From positions 96,001 through 160,000 of the forward strand of contig CAVZQC010000002.1 in the NCBI GenBank assembly GCA_963777315.1: a DNA stretch of 64,000 nucleotides. The letters run 5' to 3'. This stretch comes from Vulcanimicrobiota bacterium (GTDB taxonomy: Bacteria; Vulcanimicrobiota; Vulcanimicrobiia; Vulcanimicrobiales; Vulcanimicrobiaceae). The notes under the pieces were generated by a model. That model made no database searches. It was given only the letters and a program-made list of their open reading frames with translations, and was not told the origin of the DNA. Shown in pieces: positions 30,210 to 44,113 of the stretch; within the stretch, counting starts at the first letter, position 1; each line of letters opens with the position of its first letter. The translations under genes were made by a program, and so were the position numbers.

Positions 30210-30254
30210 GTCGGAGAGCGGAGTAGCGGCCTCAGGAGGCAAGCGTGCGCCCTT

Positions 30255-30789
30255 TTAACTACGGGCGCGGCTCCTGCGCTCGCATACTTCGCAAAAGTGC
30301 GGCATCTTGTTGTCGGTCTCGAAGATCGAATTCGAATAATACATCGCGCAGCGCGCGTTGTAGCAATGTTTGAGCCCGATGGCGTGGCCCAGATCGTGAA
30401 CGCACTCCTTGAGCGTGCGCTGAAACAGCTGATTGGGATCGGCGGCCTCGCCGTAGAATTCGCCGCGCAAGCGGTGCAGCGAAACGACTGCTATGCGCCG
30501 CTGCTCGTCCGCATCGCCGAAAATGTACCGGTGGGACGTCTTGTACAGGTCGAAATCGGTGATCGCGAGCAGCAGTCCGTCGCCGTCGGGGTATTCGCGC
30601 ATCACTCTGCCGGTCAGCGTCGAAACGAACAACTGCGCGCGCGTACCGTTCAGCGCGCTCTTCGGAACCGGGACGCTGCGCTGAACGGACACCGAATACA
30701 GGAACCGCTCTTCCAGACAGAGCCCCAAGCGTGCCAGGAACGCCGGGTCGATCGCATTGATCGGTACGATCCGCAGACTGCGTGTCCAT
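30255..30789 (-). CDS. Archaemetzincin-family Zn peptidase; +1 frameshift near start
   Basis: H(D)LGHAIGLKHC..RCAM..SNS..ETD.K...FC..C; removing one base at 30777 gives MDTQLRIVPIN. Confidence 0.85.
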
Positions 30790-30831
30790 CCTGGGGCGGT
30801 GTCTTTCGACGCGGACGCGAACGAGCCCCGC

Positions 30832-31197
30832 ATGATTCTCGGCATCGGCGTGGACCTGGCCGAAGTCGCGCGCTACCGCTTCGATCCGGCACAGCTCGCG
30901 TGGTTCGCGCGCAGAGTGTACACGGACTACGAGTTCGCGTATGCGGCGCGCAAGCGAAACCGCGCGGAGCGTCTGGCGGGATTCTTTGCCGCAAAAGAGG
31001 CGGCCCGCAAAGCGTTCGGCCATGCAATACCGTGGCGCGAAATCGGCGTATGGCACGAACGCAGCGGCAAACCCGTCATTCGACTGTACGGCAACGCCGC
31101 CGGACTGCTCGCGGCGCGCGCGATCGCGCGCATCCACTTAACGATAACGCATACCGAGTCGACCGCAGCCGCCGTTGTGGTTTTGGAAAGCGACTGA
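30832..31197 (+). CDS. acpS: Holo-[ACP] synthase
   Basis: MILGIGVDL, FAAKEA, SGKP, LTITH. Confidence 0.95.
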   Translation: MILGIGVDLAEVARYRFDPAQLAWFARRVYTDYEFAYAARKRNRAERLAGFFAAKEAARKAFGHAIPWREIGVWHERSGKPVIRLYGNAAGLLAARAIARIHLTITHTESTAAAVVVLESD

Positions 31198-32720
31198 TGT
31201 ACGTGCTCTCCCCGCAGCGCATGCGCGAGGCCGATGCGCAGGCGTGCGAACGCGTCGGGGACGTGGCGCTCATGCGCGCGGCGGGTGAAAGAATAGCCGA
31301 CGCGGCCAAGCGATACGCCAAGAATTCGCGCATCGTCGCCTTTGCCGGAAGAGGAAACAATGGCGGCGACGCGTTTGCGGCGCTCGCCATGCTGCCCACG
31401 TTCGAGCGCACGATCCATGCCCAGCCGGCGCAAGCGCCTTCGGCCGCTCGCCGCGATGCCGAGCAGCGCGCACGCGAGGCGGGCGTCACCGTCGCCCCTT
31501 TCCCCGATTCGGAATCGGCGGCCGCAGCCGCACTGCGCGAATGCGGGCTGGTCATTGTCGGATTGGTGGGAACCGGAGCGCGTTTGCCGTTGCGAGACGC
31601 CTACGCGCCCATCGTTGCCGCGATAAGCCGATCCGGTTTGCCGGTTCTTGCCATCGACATTCCACCGGGCGTGGACGCCTTGCGCGGCGTCGTGGTAGAG
31701 CCCGCAGTACGCGCCACGGTTACCGTGACGCTCGCAGCGCTCAAGCCCGGACTATTGCTGTCGCCCGCGCGCTCGCACGTCGGTGAATTGTGGCTGGCGG
31801 ACATCGGCATGCCTGCCGGCATTTTAGCCGCGCAGCCGCGAGAATTTGCAGCGCTCGACGACGACGCTTTCGCGCGGCTGCTTCCGCAGCGGGAAACCGG
31901 ATCGGATAAGCGCAGCGCGGGCGCGCCGCTGATCGTTGCCGGATCCGAACAGTTTCCCGGAGCAGCAGTGCTCAGTGCGATGGGCGCAGCTCGAGCCGGC
32001 GCGGGATACGTAACGGTTGCGGCTCCGCAAGGCGCCGCCGCCGCGCTGCGCGCCCACCTGATCGAGCAAGTCGTCGTGTCGATCGATCCGGCCCAAAGCG
32101 TCGACAATGCTGCGGAAGATCTGCTGGACGTTGCCAAGCGATGCTCGTCGATCGGCATCGGTCCCGGCTTGGCGCTCGACGATCGCACCGGTGCGATCGT
32201 GCGCGGCCTCATCGAAGCAACGGCTCTGCCGATCGTCGCCGATGCGGGCGCACTGTTTCATCTTGCCAAGCACTTGGATCCGCTGCGCGGCAAAAACATC
32301 GTCGTCACTCCGCACGAAGGCGAATTCGCGCGCCTGTCGGGCAAAGGCAGCATTCCGCCCGGTGAACGGGTGGAGCGCGTGCGGGAGTTCGTGGGACGCA
32401 CCGGCATCTGCACGCTGCTCAAGGGTGAATCGACGCTGGTCTACGACGGTACGACGATGCACATCAATACCACCGGAACGCCCGCGCTCGCCACCGCCGG
32501 CACGGGCGACGTCCTCACCGGAATCATTGCCACGCTGCTTGCGCAAGGGTTATCGCCCTTCGACGCTGCCCGCGCGGGAGCGTACTGGCATGGCCTGGCG
32601 GGCCGGCACGCCGCCACAGCCCGTTCTCGCGGCGTCATCGCACGCGACGTATACGATGCGTTGGGCGCTGCGCTGCCCAAAGGCCGCAACGAGAATGCGC
32701 CGTTAGTGCAGGTGTTTTAG
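31197..32720 (+). CDS. nnr: Bifunctional NAD(P)HX epimerase/dehydratase
   Basis: GNNGGD, GAAVL..GAG, VVTPH.GEF, LATAGTGDVL; TGATG overlap with acpS. Confidence 0.93.
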   Translation: MYVLSPQRMREADAQACERVGDVALMRAAGERIADAAKRYAKNSRIVAFAGRGNNGGDAFAALAMLPTFERTIHAQPAQAPSAARRDAEQRAREAGVTVAPFPDSESAAAAALRECGLVIVGLVGTGARLPLRDAYAPIVAAISRSGLPVLAIDIPPGVDALRGVVVEPAVRATVTVTLAALKPGLLLSPARSHVGELWLADIGMPAGILAAQPREFAALDDDAFARLLPQRETGSDKRSAGAPLIVAGSEQFPGAAVLSAMGAARAGAGYVTVAAPQGAAAALRAHLIEQVVVSIDPAQSVDNAAEDLLDVAKRCSSIGIGPGLALDDRTGAIVRGLIEATALPIVADAGALFHLAKHLDPLRGKNIVVTPHEGEFARLSGKGSIPPGERVERVREFVGRTGICTLLKGESTLVYDGTTMHINTTGTPALATAGTGDVLTGIIATLLAQGLSPFDAARAGAYWHGLAGRHAATARSRGVIARDVYDALGAALPKGRNENAPLVQVF

Positions 32721-33086
32721 CGAGCCGATCCGCACGGCGCTTCCACCGATCACCTTCCAGCCGGAGTCCTGCTTGAGCCAAATGCGCGTAAAGCGCAATG
32801 CCTGCTCCACGGCTTTGGTCGCTAAATCGATGCGGACGGTTACGACGACTGTGGGGCCGTAGTCGGCGATGCGCAGATCGCTGGTTGCATAACGAACGAA
32901 CTTGCGCGCGCCGGCCGGCCGGTGCGCTTCCAGAACCGCGGACTTGTGAATGATCGTTCCGTCGGGTCCCGTGAAGTAAAAGGCATCGTCAATCAGTGCA
33001 TCCAGCAGTTCGGGATCGGCCACGATGTCCGCCTGTTCGATCCGTTTTTCGAGATCACGGATCTCGTCTTGCGCAACGTCCGGCAT
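32703..33086 (-). CDS. NTF2-like DUF4440 protein
   Basis: LDALI.D.F.FTGPDG, RFTRIW.K...GWKV. Confidence 0.8.
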   Translation of the reverse strand: MPDVAQDEIRDLEKRIEQADIVADPELLDALIDDAFYFTGPDGTIIHKSAVLEAHRPAGARKFVRYATSDLRIADYGPTVVVTVRIDLATKAVEQALRFTRIWLKQDSGWKVIGGSAVRIGSLKHLH

Positions 33087-33088
33087 CG

Positions 33089-33597
33089 TTACGGCGACTT
33101 GTCCGAATAATACCGCAGCTGCGGCTCTATCGTTGCGTTCACAATGCGAATGATACCATATGAGTACCGCGGCTGAGTGCGTTTGTCGGTCGGCGAGCCC
33201 GGATTAAACAGCAGCACCCCGCCGTGCCAAGCGCAGTACGGCACGTGCGAGTGGCCGAACAGTATCGCGTCGACTTCCTCGTCTTTGAACGCGTTTTGCG
33301 CGCGTACGGGGGTCGAGCCGCCCGAACCGATGTCCCCGTGAACCATGCCGATTCGCACCCGGCCGATGGTAATGATCTTCTTGCGGCCCAGTCGTTCGAC
33401 CAATGCGGGCGGATCGTTATTGCCCGCGACCGCCTGCACGGGCGCGATCGCTTCGAACAGACGGATTGCCAATGCGTCCGTCATGTCGCCGCAATGCGCT
33501 ATTGCATCAACGCGGCTCTCTTGCAAACCGGCGCGCAGAGCAGCCGGAAGCGCCCTGCCGAAATGCGGCAAATGCGTATCGGAAACGACCCCGAGCG

Positions 33598-33616
<19 letters not shown>
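33089..33616 (-). CDS. YfcE-like metallophosphoesterase
   Basis: SDTH, HCGD, GNND, HG, FGHSH, NPGS. Confidence 0.9.
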
Positions 33617-35990
<2,374 letters not shown>

Positions 35991-35994
<4 letters not shown>

Positions 35995-36362
35995 TGCGCG
36001 GCGCGCCGGCTGCGGGGCGCGCTCATCACTTGGATGGGATACCCGTCCGGGTCGCCGATCACCGCAATGCGCCCGAACGCCTCATCGTAGGGATCCTGAA
36101 AGACCGGAACGCTCAACGACGCGCAGTCTGCGACGAACCGATCGACGTTGTCGACGGTGAACCCCAGCTGCAGCGAGCCGGGACGGACGGCGACCAGCTC
36201 GGTCTTGGGGTGGAGCACAAGCGTCGCGTCGTTGCCCAATTCGAACTCGGTCCAGTGCGGCGTCTTGTCGCTTTTGAGTTTGAGACCCAGCACGTCGCGA
36301 TAAAAATCGCGCGAGCGTTTGAGGTCTGCGCAGACCAGCATGGCCACCCAAAATTTCGTCAT
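35991..36362 (-). CDS. VOC/glyoxalase-family protein
   Basis: DFYRDVLGL, FTVDNVD, FGRIAVIGDPDG. Confidence 0.88.
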
Positions 36363-36369
36363 GCCGGGA

Positions 36370-39300
36370 TTAGGCTTTAACCAACTCTTCCAAAACGCGC
36401 ATGTTCTCGCGCTCCATCGCTTCGAGCGTTAGTGCGTTGGGCGGATGATGCCCGACCGCGCGCTGGTCGTCGAGCACCGGCACCAGATACCGGCCCGTGT
36501 ACGACGCCTCGTTTTGCGCAAGCTCCTCGGGAGTGCCCACGCCGACGACCGTCCCGCCGCGATCGCCTCCTTCAGGGCCCAGATCGATCACGTAATCGGC
36601 GGTTTTGATCACGTCCAGATTGTGCTCGATCACCAGCACCGTGTTGCCCGATTGCACCAAACGCTGCAGCACCTCGAGCAATTTATGGATGTCGGCGAAG
36701 TGCAAGCCGGTGGTGGGTTCGTCGAGCACGTAAAACGTGCGGCCGGTAGAACGGCGCGAGAGTTCGGTTGCAAGCTTGACGCGCTGCGCCTCGCCGCCCG
36801 AAAGCGTGGTGGCCGGCTGGCCCATCTTGATATATCCCAAACCGACGTCGCAAATGGTGCTCAATTTATTGTGGATGCGCGGGATCGCCGAGAAAAACGC
36901 GCTGGCCTCGTCGACGCGCATCTCGAGAACGTCGGAAATGGTTTTGCCTTTGTATTTGACCTCCAGCGTCTGAGAGTTATAGCGTTTGCCTTTGCAGACT
37001 TCGCACGGTACGTAAACGTCGGGCAGAAAATGCATCTCGATTTTGATGATTCCATCGCCTTGACACGCCTCGCAGCGGCCGCCTTTGACGTTGAAGGAAA
37101 ATCGGCCCGGAGTATATCCTCGCATCTTGGCCTCGGGCACCATCGAAAACAGCTCGCGAATCAAATCGAACGTGCCCGTGTACGTCGCGGGATTGCTGCG
37201 CGGAGTTCGTCCGATCGGCGATTGGTCGATCACCACCATCTTGTCCAGCTGCTCGACGCCTTTGACGCTGCCGTAGGTTCCGGCCGCGGGCTGACCGTGC
37301 AGATATTGATTGAGCGCTCTGACCAAAACCTGGTTGACCAAAGTGGACTTGCCGCTGCCGCTGACTCCGGTCACGCAGCCGAGCACGCCGATGGGAAAGT
37401 CGACGTCGATTCCCAGCAGGTTGTTGGCTTTTGCGTTCTTGACTTTGAGCCAAGCGCGGGGCGCGCGGCGCCGTTTGGGAATCGGAATGAACTTTCGCCC
37501 CGAGATGTACGCACCGGTCTCGGATTGCGGATCGGCGACGACGTCGTCCAGCGTTCCTGCCGTGAGAATGTACCCGCCTTCCGCCCCTGCTCCGGGCCCG
37601 ATGTCGACGACGACGTCGGCGGTGCGGATGGTGTCCTCGTCGTGCTCCACGACGATCAGCGTGTTTCCCAAGTCGCGCAACGTGCGCAGCGTAGCTAAAA
37701 GCCGTTCGTTGTCGCGCTGATGCAGTCCGATCGAAGGCTCGTCCAAAATATACAGCACGCCCACGAGCGAACTGCCGATTTGAGTGGCCAGCCGGATGCG
37801 CTGCGATTCGCCGCCCGAAAGCGTCGTCGCGGATCGCCCAAGCGTGAGATAATTCAACCCGACGTTGCTCAGAAAGCCCAGCCGGGCCCGAATCTCTTTG
37901 AGCACTTGATGCGCGATCTGCTCTTCTCGGGGGTTTGGAGCGAAGTCGTTGAAAAACGCTTCGCACCGTTCGATCGACATGCGCGTGAGCCGATCGATGT
38001 TCGCACCGCCCACGGTAACGGCCAGCGCCTCCGGCTTGAGTCGCGCGCCTTTGCATTGCGGGCACGTCGAGGCAGACATGAACTTTTCGATGTCTTCCTT
38101 GACGTATTCGCTCGAGGTCTCGCTATGCCGGCGTTCGAGATTGTTGATGACGCCTTCAAACGTCGAACGGTATTCCCATACTTTGCCCGCACGCGATTCG
38201 TAGGAGAAATTTTGTTCGCGATCCGTCCCGTACAGGATGATGTCCACGACTTCGTCCGGCATCTTGTCGATCGGCGTGGTGGTTCGTACCCGGTACTTGC
38301 GCAGTACGCGTTCGAGCTGCTGCAGATAGTACGGGTTCATCGACGGGAAGCGCCCGCTGCCCAGCGACTTGCTCCAGGGCACGATCGCGCCCTCGTCTAT
38401 CGATTTGCCGCGGTCCGGAATCACTTTCCACGGATCAATCTCGACCTTCTCCCCCAAACCGCTGCAGCCGGGGCAGGCGCCGTACGGCGAGTTGAACGAA
38501 AACAGGCGCGGCGCGAGCTCTTCGAACGACAGGCCGCACTCCACGCACGCGAATGCTTCGCTGAACGTCAGTTCCCGCGTGCCGCTCGAGTCCTCGACCA
38601 GGGCGGTCACGATCCCGGTCGAGAGCCGCAACGTCGTTTCGACCGAATCGCCCAGCCGTTTGCGAATGTCCGGCTTCATCACCAAGCGGTCGACGATCAC
38701 CTCGATCGTATGCTTGCGCTTTTTATCGAGCGCGATCTTCTCGCGCAGCTCTTTGGTTTCGCCGTCGACGCGGACGCGCGAAAATCCCTCCTTTGCGATC
38801 TCTTCGAACAACTTCGCGTACTCGCCCTTGCGGCCGCGCACGAGCGGAGCGAGCAGCTGAATGCGCGAGCCTTCCGGCAGTTCCATGATGGAATCGAGGA
38901 TCTGCTCGCTGCTTTGCGAGCTGATCTCGCGTCCGCACTGATAGCAGTGCGGCACGCCGATGCGCGCGAACAACAGCCGCAAGTAGTCGTAGATCTCGGT
39001 TACGGTTCCGGCCGTCGAACGAGGATTGCGCGAGGTAGACTTCTGGTCGATCGAGATCGCGGGTGAGAGTCCCTCGATGTAGTCGACGTCGGGTTTTTCC
39101 ATCTGGCCCAGAAACTGGCGCGCATACGACGACAGCGACTCGACGTAGCGGCGCTGGCCTTCGGCGTAGATCGTGTCGAAGGCAAGCGAGGATTTGCCCG
39201 ATCCCGACAGGCCGGTAATGACGATGAGGCGGTTGCGGGGAAGGACCAGATCGACGTTTTTGAGATTGTGCTCGCGCGCGCCCTTGATGACGATGGAATC

Positions 39301-39375
39301 GAGCCCGCGCGGCATCGCGACGCCGTCGCGAGCCGGAGGGATGGGCGCGCCGGGAATCTGGTCGTAGGGCGGCAT
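36370..39375 (-). CDS. uvrA: Excinuclease ABC subunit A
   Basis: GAREHNLKN, two Walker A (GSGKS), two LSGGE, Zn fingers. Confidence 0.98.
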   Translation of the reverse strand: MPPYDQIPGAPIPPARDGVAMPRGLDSIVIKGAREHNLKNVDLVLPRNRLIVITGLSGSGKSSLAFDTIYAEGQRRYVESLSSYARQFLGQMEKPDVDYIEGLSPAISIDQKSTSRNPRSTAGTVTEIYDYLRLLFARIGVPHCYQCGREISSQSSEQILDSIMELPEGSRIQLLAPLVRGRKGEYAKLFEEIAKEGFSRVRVDGETKELREKIALDKKRKHTIEVIVDRLVMKPDIRKRLGDSVETTLRLSTGIVTALVEDSSGTRELTFSEAFACVECGLSFEELAPRLFSFNSPYGACPGCSGLGEKVEIDPWKVIPDRGKSIDEGAIVPWSKSLGSGRFPSMNPYYLQQLERVLRKYRVRTTTPIDKMPDEVVDIILYGTDREQNFSYESRAGKVWEYRSTFEGVINNLERRHSETSSEYVKEDIEKFMSASTCPQCKGARLKPEALAVTVGGANIDRLTRMSIERCEAFFNDFAPNPREEQIAHQVLKEIRARLGFLSNVGLNYLTLGRSATTLSGGESQRIRLATQIGSSLVGVLYILDEPSIGLHQRDNERLLATLRTLRDLGNTLIVVEHDEDTIRTADVVVDIGPGAGAEGGYILTAGTLDDVVADPQSETGAYISGRKFIPIPKRRRAPRAWLKVKNAKANNLLGIDVDFPIGVLGCVTGVSGSGKSTLVNQVLVRALNQYLHGQPAAGTYGSVKGVEQLDKMVVIDQSPIGRTPRSNPATYTGTFDLIRELFSMVPEAKMRGYTPGRFSFNVKGGRCEACQGDGIIKIEMHFLPDVYVPCEVCKGKRYNSQTLEVKYKGKTISDVLEMRVDEASAFFSAIPRIHNKLSTICDVGLGYIKMGQPATTLSGGEAQRVKLATELSRRSTGRTFYVLDEPTTGLHFADIHKLLEVLQRLVQSGNTVLVIEHNLDVIKTADYVIDLGPEGGDRGGTVVGVGTPEELAQNEASYTGRYLVPVLDDQRAVGHHPPNALTLEAMERENMRVLEELVKA

Positions 39376-39427
39376 GCTTAGGTATGTAACACGCCGCTGC
39401 GGCGAAATGTTTCCTTCCGCTTACGAG

Positions 39428-40204
39428 CTAGACCGACGAGTACGGCGGAGATTCCGGCGGCGGCGGTGCTGCTCCGGCGGTGCCGACGCCGGAGGTGAGC
39501 TTGATGTATTCTCCGACGATCACCAACGTAGCGTACGCCGCGACGATCTGCACGATCAGCTGGCGAATCACCATTCCCAACAGCGGGATCCCTCCGAAGA
39601 ACCGCGCGATCCATCCGCCGAGCACGAACGCGATCGCCAGCACGATGACGATGCCCAACGTTGCCAGGAAATTCTTGGTCGTGATGCGCGCCGATTCGGC
39701 CAAAGCTTCGGTAGCGGTGCGATTGCCGACGATCACGCTGGGAAGCGCATACAGAAAGAAGAGATAAAACGCGAGCAGCGCCAGCCCGAGCGTCGGAACG
39801 GAAAGCGCAACCGCCGCGATGCCCAAAAGAAAAAGCAGGACGACGGCGACGAATATCTGGCCGCCTTCGGTCCGGAATGCCGTCGAGCCGTCTTCGAGGG
39901 TTGCTTTTCCGGTGCGCCAAGCAGCGCCGGCCATCCCGGTCGTATACGCAATGACCAGAATGGTGGCCAGCATCAGCACGACCCCGACGATCAGCGCGCT
40001 CAGGAACGCCGACAGCACGCCGACGCCGCCCATGCCGACCGCCGTAAGGCCGACTGCCGAAGCGACGCCGTACAGCGCGAGCAGCCAAACGACGATCGCC
40101 GCGAGAATCCCGATGACGACCCCCGGGACGATGAGGATCCAGTTGCCGGTCAGCAGTTGCCACGCCCGGCCGAACGTGTTGCCGAAGTCTTGCGAGACTT
40201 GCAT
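39428..40204 (-). CDS. Hypothetical multi-pass membrane protein with Pro-rich tail
   Basis: About 6 TM; GGAGG RBS before ATG 40204. Confidence 0.8.
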   Translation of the reverse strand: MQVSQDFGNTFGRAWQLLTGNWILIVPGVVIGILAAIVVWLLALYGVASAVGLTAVGMGGVGVLSAFLSALIVGVVLMLATILVIAYTTGMAGAAWRTGKATLEDGSTAFRTEGGQIFVAVVLLFLLGIAAVALSVPTLGLALLAFYLFFLYALPSVIVGNRTATEALAESARITTKNFLATLGIVIVLAIAFVLGGWIARFFGGIPLLGMVIRQLIVQIVAAYATLVIVGEYIKLTSGVGTAGAAPPPPESPPYSSV

Positions 40205-40255
40205 ACGAAACCTCCAAAGCGCCAAGAGACGTTGACCTAAGTTCCTTCGCTGCGA

Positions 40256-40945
40256 TCATCGCGATGCCTGGTTGCCCGCCTTGCGCAGTTCGAGACATTC
40301 GCCGGTTGCGACCACCGTCGCGTACGCCACGGCGGCTTCCATGAGGACCCACGAAACCACCGGCCCGGCCGCTGCCCCCGCTGCCGCTAGGGTGAGAATC
40401 AGCAGGACGAGTACGAACGTCGATCCCAAATTCTGCGCGGCAATGCGCAGCGAGTCCACGAGCGCGTCGTACATCGGGCGTCCGGCGACGGCGACGAGGG
40501 GGATCGTGTAGATCGTGAACGCCATGTAGGCCAGCAGCGATATTCCGAACGTCGGAATGACGAGGGCGGCAGCGGCCAGCCCGATGAGAAGCAGCACGAG
40601 CATTGCCTGCGCAAGCGGCACGCCTTCGCGGCGCAGCTGCTGCGCACCGTGGGAAAGACGCGCTCTTCCTCGGGTCCATGCCGCGCTCGCCATGCCCGTC
40701 GTGAACGCGATTGCGAGCAGTGAAACGGCAATGCGCAGCGCCAGAGCGACGATGGTTTCGATGAACAGCCGGAACGCGTCCGGGCCAGCCGCATTCAAGT
40801 CGCCGAAAAACCGCCAAGAAAGATAACCCGCCGCGGACAGGTCGTATGCTGCCGCTTGACCGGCGAGGGCAAGCACCAGCGCGGGAACCAGGAGCGCCGG
40901 ATTGCGCCACAGCAGCGCGAGCGCGCGCAGCAGCGTTTGCTTCAC
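40256..40945 (-). CDS. Hypothetical multi-pass membrane protein, paralog of 39428..40204
   Basis: Shared TTGMA.AAW..G.A.L and .PT.G..LLA motifs; GTGA overlap. Confidence 0.75.
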   Translation of the reverse strand: MKQTLLRALALLWRNPALLVPALVLALAGQAAAYDLSAAGYLSWRFFGDLNAAGPDAFRLFIETIVALALRIAVSLLAIAFTTGMASAAWTRGRARLSHGAQQLRREGVPLAQAMLVLLLIGLAAAALVIPTFGISLLAYMAFTIYTIPLVAVAGRPMYDALVDSLRIAAQNLGSTFVLVLLILTLAAAGAAAGPVVSWVLMEAAVAYATVVATGECLELRKAGNQASR

Positions 40946-41652
40946 GGCAGCTCGCGAGCAACGTGGGCTATGGTATCGACGATCGCATCGGGCGCCGCTG
41001 CGCCGCGCGGTACGCTCTCTCCGCGCACGTTCACCCAGACCGTATACAGCCCGGCTTCAATCGCGCCTGCGATGTCGCGCTCGTACCGGTCGCCGACCAT
41101 GGCGCTTTGCGCCGGAGCGCTGTCCAGTTTCCGGCACGCGTGCGCAAAGAGCAGCGGATCGGGTTTGACCATGCCGACCTCGTCCGCCAGAAAAATCGCG
41201 TCGAAGTATTGCGCGATCTGCAGCAGCGCAATCTTTTCACGGTGCGTTTCCGAAACGCCGTTGGTCACCAATCCCAAACGCTTGCCGCGCGACTTGAGAT
41301 CCTGCAGCAGCGCGAGCGCACCGGGAAAGAGCGAAAAATACTTGCGCCGGTATGCGTGATAGTTGTCTGCGCTGCGCTGCGCGAGTTCGGCATCCTTGAG
41401 CCCAACCGAAAGCAAGGCGTTCGTCCAGAGCGTCGCTCGCAACTGCGTCATCTTGGCGCGAACCTGTTCGCTCGTCAGCCGCGTCCAAAACCCCTGCGCC
41501 TGCGCGACGTAGGCAGCTTTGAGCGCGAGCGCATCGATGCCGTGTTCTGCCGCAACTTCGCGCGCGACTTCTTCGGCGGCCGAAGTATAGGCCAGCGTAT
41601 CGTCGTGCAGCGTGTCGTCCAAATCGAAGAGGACCGCCGCGATTTCACGCAT
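40942..41652 (-). CDS. HAD-superfamily hydrolase
   Basis: FDLDDT, VTNG, KPDP, MVGDRYERD. Confidence 0.92.
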   Translation of the reverse strand: MREIAAVLFDLDDTLHDDTLAYTSAAEEVAREVAAEHGIDALALKAAYVAQAQGFWTRLTSEQVRAKMTQLRATLWTNALLSVGLKDAELAQRSADNYHAYRRKYFSLFPGALALLQDLKSRGKRLGLVTNGVSETHREKIALLQIAQYFDAIFLADEVGMVKPDPLLFAHACRKLDSAPAQSAMVGDRYERDIAGAIEAGLYTVWVNVRGESVPRGAAAPDAIVDTIAHVARELP

Positions 41653-44110
41653 GCGAAAATCGCACTCGGAACGAACGCAGACCGTACGCACCGATGTCGA
41701 ACGCGAGCGATTCGCCTCGTATCGCAACCGGCCCGTCAGCCGGCCGTTCGAGCGCATCCACCGCGGACGCCTGCGTCATGCGCGCGCCGCATCGCATCAG
41801 GACGCTGCGCGGCGAGCCGTCACATTCGCGAACGCGCACGATCGCTCCGTCGCCGTCATGCGCTGGTTTGCACGCGACGACCAGCACGGAGTCGGCATCC
41901 GGCTCGAACAGCCGCACGCGCGGTTCGTTCGCGAAACGATCCCAGGCGCGTTCGATTGCGGCAATACTCGTACCCGAGAGCGGTGCGAACGCGTACGAAA
42001 GCTCGTGTTCGCCGACGTCCGCCTGCGGATCGGGCCACGTCGTGCCGCGCAAGAGGGAATGTCCCAGCCGCACGCCGCCTTTGGGCAGCGCCCGCGCGCT
42101 CCAGCCGTACGTGTCGAGCGCGAGCAGCGCGAGCCCCACGCCGGATGAATCCCGCACCGCGGCAAACCGCTGTCCCGGCACTTCGAATTTGGCGGCCTGC
42201 GCGGGCGTTTGCGGGCGCGCGCTGCGTTCGACGATTCCGTGCGGCGCCCCGTACGTGGCGACGTCCGTTTGGATCGGCAGCCAGTTCTCGATTCGCAGCA
42301 GACGCCGCCGCTCGCGCCAATCGACGTCAAGGTCGACGCGCAAAAACGCCTCGCCGGCCGGCAGGGCGATGCGCATGCTCGCGGGCGAAGTGCCGAGCAT
42401 CAGATCGACGATCAGGCAGCCGCCTTCCACGCGGGCGCGCACGGGGTTGGCGTGCGCGATCTTACGCTCGTAGCCGCGATCCAGATTCCAGGCTTCCCAT
42501 GCCCTGGGCTTGTCGCGATAGAGCGCGAGCACGTTCGCTTGCGTGCACACGTTGCGGCCGCCGGCGCAGGCCAGTTCGACGATCGCACCTGAGCTTTGCA
42601 CGCCTGCCCGCAGCAGACCGTTGTCGAAAACATACACGCCGTCTTGCTCGCGCGGAGCGCTTGGCGCGCCTGTCGCCTGCGGGCCGGCCCCGCGCGGCAG
42701 CATCGTTTGCGCGGACGCAACGGCGCCGCCGACCAGTTCCTCGGCCTGCGCGTACTCTCGTTGGACGTCCCGATAAACGTGCGCAATCGACGTTCCGGGC
42801 AGCACGTCGTGAAACTGATTGCGCAGCACGATCTGCCATGCGGCGTGCAGCCGCGCAGCCATATCCGCCACCGCCGCTCGCGGGGCGTGCACCGCCGCGC
42901 ACCACGCCGCAAGCTCTTCGGCGTGGCCGAGCGAGCGTTCCAGCAGCGCATTGTGAAATTTCGCATCGTGGTGCGTGGTGTAGACGCCGCGATGGTACTC
43001 CAAGTACAGTTCGTCGCCGTATCGCGGCAAATCGCTGCGCGAAGCCAAAGCGTCGAACCAATCCCGGACGCGGATCCAACTGCCGATGCGTTCGCACTGC
43101 GCGAGCATCTTGTCCGTCACGCCGCCGCCGCCGTCCCCGTAACCCACGACGAGCGGTTCGCGGCGCCGCTTGGCCTTGATCACGCGCCACGGATACGGGC
43201 CGCCGTCGTAGGACTGGAGCAGCGCGGCGATCACGCTGCTGCCGTCCCGGCTCTGCCAAACGAATTGCGGATACGGAAAGGACGTCGTGTCGTTCCACTG
43301 CAGTTTCGTCGTCGCAAAATACGGAATGCCGGCGTGGGCGAGTAGTTGCGGCAACGTCGCGGCAAAGCCGAAACTGTCGGGCAGCCATGCGATCTGCGGC
43401 GCGATGCCGAACTGCCGCACGCAGTACGCGTGCGCGAAAAGCATTTGCCGAAGCAGCGATTCGCCCGACGGCAGGTTGCAATCGCTCTCGACCCACAGGG
43501 CCGCGACGTCAGGGTCGAATCTGCCGGCGGCGACGTGCGTTCGAACGCGCTCGAACAAGCCGGGATCGTCCTCTTGCACGAAGTCGTAGAGCTGCGGCTG
43601 GCTTTGAACGAAACGGAAGGAGGCATCGCGATCGAGCAGATCGCAAGCGATGGCAAACGTGCGCTGCGCTTTGCGGCGCGTCTGCTCGTACGTCCACAGC
43701 CAGGCGACGTCCAAATGGCTGTGCCCGATCAGCGATATGCCGTCGCCGCGGGCATGGTCCGCTGCTGCGAGCTCTTCGCTCGGCGCCGGGTGCACGTCGA
43801 GCGTCGTCTGCGGACGCTGGTGCGAGCGCGCGTTGATGTACCACCAGACGATTCCGGGGCCCGCAGGAAGACCGTTGGTCGGCAGCGCGCGCAGTTCGAC
43901 TTCCAGAACGAGTTCGCGCTCGCGGTCGCTCGCCGGAAGCACGACGCCGCGATGTTCGCGGTCGAATGCGCCGGCCGCCCGTCCGTCGACTCGCAGCAGC
44001 GCTCCCGTGCGCGTGCGATAGCCTAACGCAACTGGGTGATTTTGCGCAGGCAGCCGCGCGCGCAGGTACGCCGTCGACTCGTCACGTCCGGTTTCCTCAA
44101 GGTTCAGCAA
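41645..44110 (-). CDS. Glycoside hydrolase family 38 (alpha-mannosidase-like)
   Basis: GHSHLDVAWLW, SGESLLRQ, WLPDSFG, GYGDGGGG, NQFHDVLPG. Confidence 0.92.
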   Translation of the reverse strand: MLNLEETGRDESTAYLRARLPAQNHPVALGYRTRTGALLRVDGRAAGAFDREHRGVVLPASDRERELVLEVELRALPTNGLPAGPGIVWWYINARSHQRPQTTLDVHPAPSEELAAADHARGDGISLIGHSHLDVAWLWTYEQTRRKAQRTFAIACDLLDRDASFRFVQSQPQLYDFVQEDDPGLFERVRTHVAAGRFDPDVAALWVESDCNLPSGESLLRQMLFAHAYCVRQFGIAPQIAWLPDSFGFAATLPQLLAHAGIPYFATTKLQWNDTTSFPYPQFVWQSRDGSSVIAALLQSYDGGPYPWRVIKAKRRREPLVVGYGDGGGGVTDKMLAQCERIGSWIRVRDWFDALASRSDLPRYGDELYLEYHRGVYTTHHDAKFHNALLERSLGHAEELAAWCAAVHAPRAAVADMAARLHAAWQIVLRNQFHDVLPGTSIAHVYRDVQREYAQAEELVGGAVASAQTMLPRGAGPQATGAPSAPREQDGVYVFDNGLLRAGVQSSGAIVELACAGGRNVCTQANVLALYRDKPRAWEAWNLDRGYERKIAHANPVRARVEGGCLIVDLMLGTSPASMRIALPAGEAFLRVDLDVDWRERRRLLRIENWLPIQTDVATYGAPHGIVERSARPQTPAQAAKFEVPGQRFAAVRDSSGVGLALLALDTYGWSARALPKGGVRLGHSLLRGTTWPDPQADVGEHELSYAFAPLSGTSIAAIERAWDRFANEPRVRLFEPDADSVLVVACKPAHDGDGAIVRVRECDGSPRSVLMRCGARMTQASAVDALERPADGPVAIRGESLAFDIGAYGLRSFRVRFSHA

Positions 44111-44113
44111 TCA

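Noticed and set aside
30384..30398. HDLGH in archaemetzincin as a natural catalytic variant
   Set aside because: One substitution from GAGCTG, an AGCT site matching the error pattern; probably HELGH
40846..43179. Long alternative-frame and antisense ORFs (e.g. 777 aa here, 24307..25965, 34567..36090)
   Set aside because: R/A/P-rich shadows of well-supported genes, expected at high GC
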